A DNA stretch of 64,000 nucleotides from the human T2T-CHM13v2.0 reference genome, Homo sapiens, in NCBI RefSeq assembly GCF_009914755.1, contig NC_060947.1; one strand, given 5' to 3'. Below the pieces are notes generated by a model, which was not told the origin of the DNA, ran no database searches, and saw nothing but the letters and a program-made list of their open reading frames with translations. Shown here in pieces: positions 23,302-35,873 of this stretch; the stretch's first letter is position 1, and the number at the start of each line of letters is the position of its first letter. The translations under genes and the position numbers were made by a program.

Positions 23302-25265
23302 CTTTGTGGTTTTATCTAATTTTGGTCTTTGATGATAGTGATGTACAGATGGGTTTTTGGTGTGGCTGTCCTTTCTGTTTGTTAGTTTTCCTTCTAACAG
23401 ACAGGACCCTCAGCTGCAGGTCTGTTGGAGTTTGCTAGAGGTCCACCTCAGACCCTGTTTGCCCAGGTATCAGCAGCAGTCGGTGCAGAACAGCGGATTT
23501 TTGTGAACCGCAAATGCTGCTGTCTGACCGTTCCTCTGGAAGTTTTGTCTCAGAGGAGTACCCCGCTGTGTGAGGTGTCAGTCTGCCCCTACTGGGGGGT
23601 GCCTCCCGGTTAGGCTACTCGGGGGTCAGGGGTCAGGAACCCACTTGAGGAGGCAGTCTGCCCGTTCTCAGATCTCAAGCTGCATGCTGGGAGAACCACT
23701 GCTCTCTTTAAAGCTGTCAGACAGGGACATTTAAGTCTGCAGAGGTTACTGCTGTCTTTTTGTTTGTTTGTGCCCTGCCCTCAGAGGTGGAGCCTACAGA
23801 GGCAGGCAGGCCTCCTTGAGCTGTGGTGGGCTCCACCCAGTTGGAGTTTCCCGGCTGCTTTTTTCACCTAAGCAAGCCTGGGCAATAGCGGGCGCCCCTC
23901 CCCCAGCCTCGCTGCCAGCTTGCAGTTTGATCTCAGACTACTGTGCTAGCAATCAGTGAGACTCCGTGGGCGTAGGACCCTCTGAGCCAGGTGCGGGATA
24001 TAATCTCCTTGTGCGCCGTTTTTTAAGCCTGTCGGAAAAGCGCAGTATTAGGGTGGGAGTGACCCGATTTTCCAGGTGCTGTCTGTCACTCCTTTCATTG
24101 ACTAGGAAAGGAAATTCCCTGACCCCTTGTGCTTCCCGAGTGAGGCAATGCCTCGCCCTGCTTTGGCTCGTGCATTGTGCACTGCACCCACTGTCCTGCA
24201 CCCACTGTCTGGCACTTCCTAGTGAGATGAACCCAGTACCTCAGATGGAAATGCAGAAATCACCCATCTTCTGTGTCGCTCATGCTGGGAGCTGTAGACT
24301 GGAGCTGTTCCTATTCGGCCATCTTGGCTGCCCGACCGCCTGTTCACTTTGATGACAGTTTCTTTTGCTGTGCAGAGTCTCTTTGTTTTAATTAGATTCC
24401 ATTAGAAAATTTTGGCTTCTGTTGCCATTGCTTTTGGTGTTTTGGACATGTAGTCTTTGCCCATGCCTATATCCTGAATGGTATCGCCTAGGTTTTCTTC
24501 TGGGATTTTTATGGCTTTAGGTCTTATGTTTAAGTCTTTAATCTATCTCAAGTTAATTTTTGTATAAGGTGTAAGGAAGGAGTCCAGTTTCAGTTTTCTG
24601 CATGTGGCTAGCCAGTTTTCCCAACAGCATTTATTAAATAGGGAATCCTTTCCCCATTGCTTTTTTTTCTCAGGGTTGTCAGATATCAGATGATTGTAGA
24701 TGTGTGGTATTAATTCTGAGGCCTCTGTTCTGTTTCATTGGTCTATATATCTGTTTTGGTACCAGTACCATGCTGTTTTGGTTACTGTAGCCTTGTAGTA
24801 TAGTTTGAAGTCAGGTAGCGTGATGCCTCCAGCTTTGTTCTTTTTGCTTAGGATTGTCTTGGCTATGCAGGCTTTTTTTTGGTTCCATATGAAGTTTAAA
24901 GTAGTTTTTTCCAATTATGTGAAGAAAGTCAATGGTAGCTTGATGGGGATAGCATTGAATCTATATTCTACTTTGGGCAGTATGGCCACTTTCATGCTAT
25001 TGATTCTTCCTATCCGTGAGAAGAATGTTTTTCCATTTGTTTGTGTCTTCTCTTATTTCCTTGAGCAGTGTTTTGTAGTTCTCCTTGAAGAGGTCCTTCA
25101 CATCCCTTGTAAGTTGTATTCCTAGGTATGTTATTCTCTTAGTAGCAGTTGTGAATGGGAGTTCACTCATAGTTTGGCTCTCTGTTTGTCTGTTATTGGT
25201 GTATGGGAATGCTTATGATTTTTGCACATTGATTTTGTATCCTGAGACTTTGCTGAAGTTGCTTA

Positions 25266-25595
<330 letters not shown>

Positions 25596-28500
25596 TCAAA
25601 GGCCTTTTCTGCATCTGTTGAGATAATTGTGTGGTTTTTGTCATTGGTTCTGTTTATGTGGTAGATTACGTCTATTGATTTTCATATGTTGAACCAGCCT
25701 TGTGTCCTAGGTATAAAGCCAACTTGATTGTGGTGGGTAAGTTTTTGATGTGCTGCTGGGTTCAGTTTGCCAGTATTTTATTGAGGATTTTTGCATCGAT
25801 GTTCATCAGGGATATTGGCCTGAAATTTTCTTTTTTTGTTGTGTCTCTGCCAAGTTTTGGTATCAGGATGATGCTGTCCTCATAAAACGAGTTCGGGAGG
25901 AGTCCCTCTTTTTCTATTGTTTGGAATAGTTTCAGAAGGAATGGTACCAGATCCTCTTTATACCTCTGGTAGAATTCGTCTGTGAATCCATCTAATCCTG
26001 TACTTTTTTTGGTTGGTAGGCTATTAATTACTGCCTCAATTTCAGAACTTTTTATTGGTCTATTCAGGGATTTGACATCTTCCTAGTTTAGTCTTGGGAG
26101 GGTGTATGTGTCCAGGAACTTATCCATTTCTTCTAGATTTTCTAGTTTATTTGTGTAGAAGTGTTTATAGTATTCTCTGATGGTAGTTTGTATTTCTATG
26201 GGATCGGTGGTGATATCCCCTTTATCATTTTGTATTGCATCTATTTGATTCTTCTCTCTTCTTTATTAGTCTGGCTAGTGGTCTATCTATTTTTTTGATC
26301 TTTTCAAAAAAACAGCTCCTGGATTCATTGATTTTTTTGGAGGGTTTTTGTGTCTCTATTTCCTTCAGTTCTGCTCTGATCTTAGTTATTTCTTGTCTTC
26401 TGCTAGCTTTTGAATTTGTTTGCTCTTGCTTCTCTAGTTCTTTTAATTTTGATGTTAGGGTGTTGATTTTAGATCTTTCCTGCTTTCTCTTGTGGGCATT
26501 TAGTGCTATAAATTTCCCTCTACATACTGCTTTGAATGTGTCCCAGAGATTCTGGTATGTTGTGTCTTTGTTCTCATTGGTTTCAAAGAACATCTTCATT
26601 TCTGCCTTCATTTCGTTACGTACCCAGTAGTCATTCAGGAGAAGGTTGTTCAGTTTCCATGTAGTTGTGCAGTTCTGAGTGTGTTTCTTAATCCTGAGTT
26701 CTAATTTGATTGCACTGTGGTCTGAGAGACTGTTTGTTATGATTTCTGTTCTTTTGCATTTGCTGAGGAGTGTTTTACTTCCAATTATGTGGTCAATTTT
26801 AGAATAAGTGCAATGAGGTGCTGAGAAGAATGTATATTCCATTGATTTGGGGTGGAGAGTTCTGTAGATATCTATTAGGTCCACTTGGTCTAGAGCTGAG
26901 TTCACGTCCTGAATATCCTTGTTAATTTTCTGTCTCATTGATCTGTCTAATATTGACAGTGGGGTGTTAAAGTCTCCTGCTATTATTGTGTGGGAGTCTA
27001 AGTCTCTTTGTGGGTCTCTGAGAACTTGTTTTAAAGTCTGTTTTATCAGAGATTAGGATTGCAACTTCTGCCTTTTTTTTTTTTTTTTTTGATTTCCATT
27101 TGCTTGGTAGATCTTCCTCCATCCCTTTATTTTGAGTCTATGTGTGTCTCTGCATGTGAGATAGGTCTCCTTAATACAGTACACTGATGGGTCTTGACTC
27201 TTTATCCAATTTGCCAGTCTATGTCTTCTAATTGGGACATTTAGCCCATTTACATTTAAGGTTAATATTATTATGTGTGAATCTGATTCTGTCATTATGA
27301 TGCTAGCTGGTTTTTTTGCCCATTATTTGATGCAGTTTCTTTATAGTGTCAATGGTCTTTACAATTTGGTATGTTTTTGCAGTCTTGTCACTTATTTTTA
27401 ACATGGCACTGGAATTCCTAGCCACAGCAACTAGGTAAGGACAAGAAATAAAAATCATTCAAACCAGAAAGGAAGAAGAAAAATTATCTCCATTTCCAGA
27501 AGACATGATCATACACATAGAAAGCCCTAAACCTAAACTGAAATGACTTAACAAAAATAAACTATTAGAACTAATAAGTAAATTCAATAAAATACAAGAT
27601 ACAAAATCAATACACCAAATTAAAATCACATTTTTATACACAAAGAACATTCCAAAAGCTCAGGTAACAAAAGCAAAAATAAACAAGTGGAGCTACATCA
27701 AACTAAAAAGTTCTTTCACAGCAAAGGAAAAAAGAATCAACGAAATGAAAAAGCCTGTGGATTGAGAGGAAATATTTGTAATCATATGTTCTATAAGGAG
27801 TTGATAACTAAAATATATAAGGAACTCCTACAAATCAACAGCAAAAAACCCTGATTTAAAAAATAGGTAATGGAACTGGGTCGATATTTTTCCAAAGACA
27901 TACTCATGGCTAAAAGTATGTGAAATGATGTTCAACATTACTAATAATCAGGAAATGAAAATCAAAACCAAAATAAGATACCACCTCACACCTGTTAGGA
28001 TGACTATTATCAGTAAGTCAAAAGATAAAAGCTGTTGGTGAAGATGTGGAGAAATTGGAGACCTGATACACTGTTGGTGGGAATATGAACTAGTAAAGTC
28101 ATTATGGAAAACATTACGAAAGTTTCTCAAAAAATTAAAAACAGAACAACCAACCATATGATACAGCAATCCCACTCCTGTGTATGTAACAGAAGGAAAT
28201 GAAATCAAAGAGATATCTGCACCCCATATTTATTGCTGCATGATTTATAATAGGCAATAAATGGAAACAGCCTAAGTCCATTGATGGTCCATTGACAATG
28301 GAGAAAGAAAATGTCATATGTATAGCATTATTATGTCCTCTGGACAAATACTAGCCCCAAACTCTCCAGTTCTCACCAGTGACCACATATACTTGATGTC
28401 TCTCAGTGACATTAAAATGTCACATATACCCATTCGGATAGTCATGCCCTCAGGTGTTGCCATGCCCTCATCTAGAGCTCTGCACTTGGTGTTTTCAGGC

Positions 28501-31500
28501 ATGGTTGGTAGATTTCATGTGTGAAAAGATAAGGTGAACGTTTGTTGATGAGAGGATGGTCAAAGCCTCCTGAATCCCACTGGTTCCCCAACACGTGTCT
28601 TTTCCATCCGGGGCCCATGCACCAAAACCTCAAATACCAGAAAGCCAGTGTTCTGGTTCTAGAACAAGTCTCACAGAAATAGGTTGTCCTCATTTAGGCC
28701 TCATTTTATCTGTCAGAAGTTTAACCTTTAAATTTACACTGCCCAAGTTGGCAAATATCCCATGGCTGACTTACTGGCTTCTGCTATTTCTCATTTAAAA
28801 TTAGAAATTTCTGGTCATCTTCAGTAACTGTTTCTACATATTTAACTAATTATCAGTTTTTCTTCACCCAAATGTTAATTATTTACCTCACATTTTACAT
28901 TTGCTTTGAAAGAGATGACACATATCAGTACCATCCTTTTAGGAATGGCTTTAAGCTATCACTAAGTTGTGTATTTTAACTTACCTTTTTTCTTAGAGGT
29001 AGCCCAAATGTCCTGCAGAATCACTACCACTTATCAACATGTAATATTACCCTTGCACAAAAATCTCACACTCAGACCCGTGTCAATTGTTAATTATTGA
29101 GAGTCAAAAATCACATGAGATAAGTTTCTCTTAGGTGATCAGTTTCCAAATATGCCTCCACATAAACAGGTGGCATCTTCCCTATACTCTCCATAATCTG
29201 TTTTATAATGCTGGCTCCACAACTTTTTCTCCATGACTGGAAAATCAGTTCTCTGTTCTCATAGGTTGTGGTCAAGCCTGCATTCCTCTGCCATCCGAAA
29301 ATAAACCCACTACTGAGATCACACTCGTGTCACATGGTGGCATCACTCAAATTAAGCCCTAGTGGAATGGTCATAAAGTAAGTATTCCCTAATACATACT
29401 CAGGAAAGGGGACTGGGAGAACCTTATGACAAAGCTAACATTGGTGCAGTAAAATGACTTCAGGATGAGAGGCACTTTTCCATTTGAGTTCATCAGACTA
29501 CCAATAATCTTGGCTAAAAGACTCTGTATCAGCCAGCATTCAAAATATTTGTTCATGGTGCATTATAACACAGCATAACTTGAGAAATAACTTTAAAAAA
29601 TACTTAGCTTAGTGCTTAGTGGTCATAGTTTATAATATGTACTTGTGCCAGGGGAATAACATTTTCATGTCTCCTGAATGTAAGTTTCCTATTTAACAGA
29701 TTTATTTTTATCTAATGAATTTAAAATACCAGCATGAGTATTTTACTAAGAGAGGGGATTAGATAACATCCCAGTGTCTGAGACAGGGGCATGGATACTT
29801 CATTATGAAATATTCAAAGAATTCCCAGGAGAAACTTTTTAGTGATGACAAGTGCAGCAGTTTATGCTATTCACTACATAAGAGAGGAGGCCTTCATCAT
29901 TTTTTCTGTGCCCCATAGTGCTTCTAATATGAATTTTACAAAAGCACACCCTTGATAAAAATTATTTCAACCATCACTAATAAAATAAAGTTAAAACTCT
30001 TTGGCATGTGCCTTTAAAAAACTTTCTATATTTGCACCAAAATACCTTAGCAGACTTATCTCTCACCCTACTCAACTGAGGTTTATTCCATTCTCCTTTA
30101 CCTGACACCCACGTCAGCACAGAACTCTCTGTTCTTTACTAAGTCATTGATGTATTCTTCCCTGAGGGTCTGGGTCATAACTTATTTTTCGGTGACTGCT
30201 CTGTCCTCCTTACAGCCACTGACGTTTGGTGTTTTCTTGTCCTAAATTGACAGTGATTCTGGGTTGTTCACCCTGGAACCTATGGGAAGAATGTTGTTGT
30301 CATTACATCAGGAAGAGAAGGCAGCCCGTTGACTCAGTAGTGCTGCTCTGGGCAGGGTTGGGAGCTGAGCAATAGACTTTTCATTATTTCCAGGTGTGGC
30401 ACTCCTTTCAGAAGCATTATATCTCTGGCCTCTAAATATTCCACGCTGGGGAAACTGGATGCATTCTAATCATGAAGGAGTTTAGTAACAACTCCCCAAG
30501 GTGAAAGCCTCCCAGTCTTGTCCTTCTGTTCTAATTGAATTTCCCTGGTTCCATGGGGTTGATGCTGCGTTTCTAATTTTTTATGTTTCCTTTCATGCTT
30601 TTCAATCCTATTTGAAAGGTGTTAGGGCAAAGTTTAAGTCAAGGTACCAAGAAGGTGAGAGCAGTGAGGAGTAAGTCTGCTTCCCCACCCTTTTCCCTCT
30701 CTTTGCCCAACCTCCTGAATATTCTAAACTACTTTCTCATCTCCTAAGCCAATTATAGGAAAGGAACAAGGGCTGCCTCAGAGATACTAGGGGTCCTTGT
30801 TTTTGGTGGCCTAATGTTCCGCATTTAGAAACCTCTAACACTTGGGTTTTTAATCCCAGAATTAGAGCAGTAGAACATGAAGAAAGAGCAAGGAGGGTTT
30901 GGGCTTAGCAAGTGAGAGCAAGAATAGGATTTTTTTAGAGCACTCCCAAAACAACATTGCTGCCCTAAGTTTGTTTTTGTACTGTTTTCAAAGTAGATAG
31001 GATTGACTTGTATTTAATTCAATTTCTAAGATAAGCATGAACAATCTGACTCCTCATATAAACCAAGGAAGGCTACTACAATTCTGTGATGTTTGTGAGG
31101 GATGCAGGTGGGCAACATGATTCAGGTTGGTGATCAGCTCCTGGCTGAAACTTCTGGATAGCCTCTTCAACCTCCAGCCCATGTCATTCTGGAGGATAAA
31201 CCCACCTTTGCCATTGCCAAGGTCAGTGGCTTTTAGTGAAACCAGGTTCTTGTCAATGTCCAGTAGGCCTTTTGCAATATTTAAAATTTCGTAGTCACTA
31301 CTCACTAAGCAAACTCTGTTCAGAGAGGTAAATGTCTAGTTCTGGTTTATGGATTATGTAGAGTACACAGAGAACTTTATAACTTGAGCTGTGCAAAATT
31401 TTGCAATATTAACTAACTTTTCCTTCCATATTTCTTCATACTTCTCTGGATTTGCACTACAAAATCAGTCAGTCATTCAGCCAGCCATTCACTGATTTAG

Positions 31501-31779
31501 GGAAAGCAGAAAAGATAGGTACCTCCATTCTCCCTCACATGAGGAGGTTGTCTATGTGTCAATGAAGGCTGAATACGGTCCTTCTCTTCCCACAATCCCA
31601 TTCTATGTACTCAAAGATTGTTTCTCTGACAGTAGAGATTAGATAACCTTTTCCCGGGAGAGACTGAGACAGACAGAATTTTTTAGATCGTGTATTGTTT
31701 CTAAATTAATCTGTGTTCTGCAAAAAGCAATGAAAAATATGTTAAATCCCTTTTGAGATTAAATTCCTCCTCTCAATAG

Positions 31780-32580
31780 AATGGTGATTGAGATTTGTAA
31801 AACTAGTTATACTAGCTGGGCTATGACATAGTAACTGGCTCATGACATGTACTTACAGTGTAAGCAACTATAAAATTGTACAAAATTCATTAGGAGACCG
31901 TTTGGGAGCATTGTAAAACAGGCAGTGCAGAATTGTGATCTTTGAGAGAAGGAAATCCCATGAGATAAACCAATGTTTTCTACAGGATACAATGTGCCTG
32001 GGGGTATGTTCCAGGCTGTGGCACAAGGAGATGGAGTCCAAACAAAGTGCAAGGACTTCGCTGAGCTGGAGAGACAGTTTGTGGCTACTGAAGCATTTGA
32101 AGTTGCTTGTCATATCTGGAGAGAAGGCAGTTCTGGTCAAGGGTTTAGGGCAAGAGTCCAAGAAACCTATGACAGAGCAAGTGATGTGGGGCTAAGCACA
32201 GAGACCTTGCTGAACATTGTGGACATTCAATTCAGACCACAACTAGGCCAGGCATTAGGAGTAAGGACATATTTCAGAGTAAATACTTTGCCCTAGAACT
32301 AAGTTCAAAACTGATGTATAACCATCCTAACAAAGAATAAAAGCAAGCTTGGCAGGACCAAAAGGCCCAATAGTAATTCAACTACCTGCCACAACAAAAC
32401 TGAGCAACCTTTCTGGAAGATGTTAAAGTCCAAATTTCAAACAATGCATCATTCACAATGTACTGCACACAAAAACGTTTCTAGACATATCAAGAAGTGT
32501 GAACCAGAATCAACAAAAGCAGCAAGTAATAGAAATGATCTCAAGATATCTAAATGGTAGGAATTAGAAGAAAAGTTGAA
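31780..32580 (+). mobile_element. Very old L1M (5' region) fragment
   Basis: A-rich sequence resembling the old L1M 5' UTR/ORF1 start; by-eye call, boundaries approximate. Confidence 0.45.
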
Positions 32581-32717
32581 GAAAAAACATGTTCACAGTT
32601 CTCCTATACATATATGCCCTCACCAACACAGGTACCACCACTGATCCCTGTGAATCAAAGAGACTTGTTTAATAACTTCTTCAAGGTCACACATCCCGTG
32701 GTGGAGTCAGGATTTGA

Positions 32718-33294
<577 letters not shown>

Positions 33295-34027
33295 TAGGGC
33301 CTTCACATGGGCCTGGAATGGAGATGCTGAATTTAAACTCTTGCCTGGTAAATGAGGGGGCTTTTAGGCTTTCTGGTGTGAAGAATATTGGCTTCAAATG
33401 GTTGGCATGATATGGAATAGCTTGGTACTGTGGTCCACACATCAACCCATGTGTGTACTTAGAAGCTCTGTTTTATATGTTATATGGAAACAGCTTTCTA
33501 ATATAGAGTTGGCAAGATGAAGCCTTACCAGCTGGCCAGCTATTGTGTGAGAAACAGAGTTTACACCAGGCTCATCCATCTTGCAACACATCACCTTCAT
33601 TCCCAGCAAAATTCTGCTCTTCCAAGTGCCAGACTGTGACTCAGCAGTACCTAAAATGTCATGTGGTAATGAAACTTGAAAATCAAGAGCCTTTTCAAAA
33701 TATCAAAATGCAATATTCCCTGCAATTAATGTCCTTTTGGGTGATCTCTTTGAAGAATATAATGCAAACCGTAATCCTTCAAAGGGAATTTACAAGGCTA
33801 ACTACCTCCTGAACTCATCTTAAAGGAAATGGAAGGGAAATACGGCAGGGGAACCATAAGAATCACTAGACCAGCCTCGCCAGTCTGTGACATACCTACA
33901 TCTTCCCCCTTTTCAATAACAAGCCCTCGTTGCAAGCATCTTCCTGGCATCTGAGTTACTATGATGAAGGGAGGAGCAATGACCTGAGAAGTAATGGTCA
34001 CTAGTAACATGAACAATGACATTCATG

Positions 34028-34260
34028 GTAGCTAAAATGTATTGATCACTCGCTATTTGCCAGGTATCCTACTACTACTTTATAGGGACTACCTCATTTA
34101 ATTCTCTCAAACACCCCTTGAGTTTGGTCATTATAGAAATTTCACAGAAGATTTTGGAATTGAGAAAGCAAAAGTAATTCTCCTATTGTCACATGGCCAG
34201 AAGTGATGGACCTAGGATTTGGACCAGGATCTGTGTCTAACACCCTTACTCTAAATGATT
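34028..34260 (-). mobile_element. MIR
   Basis: MIR core motifs (CTCATTTAATTCTC...GTCACATGGCCAGAAGTGATGGACCTAGGATTTG). Confidence 0.7.
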
Positions 34261-34414
34261 ATATTGGTGTTTCTAGATTTTCACGTGTTTTTCTAGTTCC
34301 CTCAGGTGTATATTTAGGTTGTTTATTTCATATTTTTCTTCTTTTTAAAATGTAGGTATATATCACTATACATTTTCCTCTTAGGATTGCTATTGTATTT
34401 ATCTATTATAAACT

Positions 34415-35873
34415 ATAAAAAAAGCAGGTTTAGAGAACATAATGGGATGCAAGACATTGGAGATTGAGAGGAGGAAGTGGGGATAACCCATGTAGACAAT
34501 TTATAAGAAAAATTTTGCTGTGAAGGGAAGCAGGTATATAGCTGGTAGAGAAGTGTCATCAGAAGAAGGTATTTGTTTAAAATGGAGGATAATGGAGCAT
34601 AAGTGTATGCCGATGGTAATAACCACTGGAAAAGGAGAATTTGAAGATGCAGAGAAACAGTGGTCATCTGCAGGAATTAAAGCTGTGCAAGGGTGAGAGG
34701 TAAAGATTAGATCAACTGGAGATGTTGGATTTGTTAAAATGGTGACGCACCAGCCCCAACTTTCATACTCAGTGATAACCTGCATGCCAATAACCTACAT
34801 CCCAGGGATGGTCAAATTGAGAATGAGGGATTGGCAAGACAGAGATGTCCAGAGAATGAGGAAATGAGAGGCTTGAAGACCCTAAGACTCAGACTGACTA
34901 CTAGAGGCTAATCTGTACTGACAAATTCATATTTTGAGAAATGTATTGGTTTGGGATTATTGTGTGCCACTCATAGTTCCTTCAAGTTTGTGTGTGTTTA
35001 TATGTTCACAGGGAGGTGGAAATGTGGGAAGATCCCATTGTTGATTAAAAAAGAAAACCCCACAGTAAAGCAGATTAATGGAGGGGACTATCTCCTTTCC
35101 AGGGAGAGAAAAGGGCAGTGTTCAAAGCAGGAAGAAAAGCCATGAACAGGAATTCACCCGAAATGGAATGTCATCAGAAGACCTTATCTTTTCCATGGGA
35201 GGCAGGGGATGGGCAATTCTTTTTGGACTCTAGGAGCATGGATACATAGCCATTGCTCGCCAGTAATTTGTTCCACTATAATTTCATGTAGTCACTATTG
35301 ACCTTTCATTGAAGTCTGTAACTGGCAGAGTCTACAGTCCTGTGAGTGGTGCTTTTGGAGAGTTAAGAAGCAGAGCAGTCAAGAGAAGCATTGCTTTCTT
35401 GGCATTGCCATTCCCCATTGGTCCTTCTCCAAGGGAAACTGGTCCTGGTCATCCAGAGACCAGCAGCCAAGTGGATCTGGGATCCCCTGAGAGGGATGTG
35501 AAACACAGAGAAATCACTGGCAGGTGGATACTCAGGAGTGCGTATGAGACAACCCCCTTGTCCCAAAGCAGACTGGATGTCACACAACATCCCTGGAGGT
35601 CAGGGAGAGCAGCACACCTCCATGTGATTCCTTCTGGTGTAGGGCATGACTATGGATGTGGGTTGCTCCATTGCAGTGAAGACAAGGTTACATGGGTATT
35701 TCAGACAGAGGAGTTCCAGGACATAAGAAATGGTAGGCAGCTGGGCCCCAGGAGGGGAGAGTGCAGCTGGACAGACTTTCCAAGACTCGTTGGAATAAGG
35801 GGAAAGAAGGGAGGGGAAGGTGGGGGCCTATGACCAGCTTTTTTGTTGTCTTTTTTCACAAATTTATGGTGTG
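34415..35873. repeat. Local duplication, copy A (starts in an L2 remnant; cut by an L1 5' end)
   Basis: Colinear with 48045-49905 and 38464-39584, e.g. GAAGAAAAGCCATGAAC-GGAATTCAC and CCATTCCCCATTGGTCCTTCTCCAAGGGAAACTGGTC. Confidence 0.93.

Noticed and set aside
23768-24352. ORFs in the L1 5' UTR resembling ORF0
   Set aside because: The ORF0 start codon is mutated to ATA and there is an internal stop.
35363-35590. Minus-strand Cys-containing peptide (LGQGGCL...VFHIPLRG...NASLDCSA) faintly like a ZP-N/PLAC1 domain
   Set aside because: The two halves are in frame only in copy A, there is no signal peptide, and the similarity is too weak to call without a profile search.
35309-35833. 174-aa plus-strand ORF in copy A, partly open in copies B and C
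   Set aside because: It has no ATG start. Its length depends on a 4-bp deletion private to copy A (CCAGAGAC vs CCAGACAGAGAC), and copy C shifts frame again downstream. GC-rich sequence gives open frames by chance.
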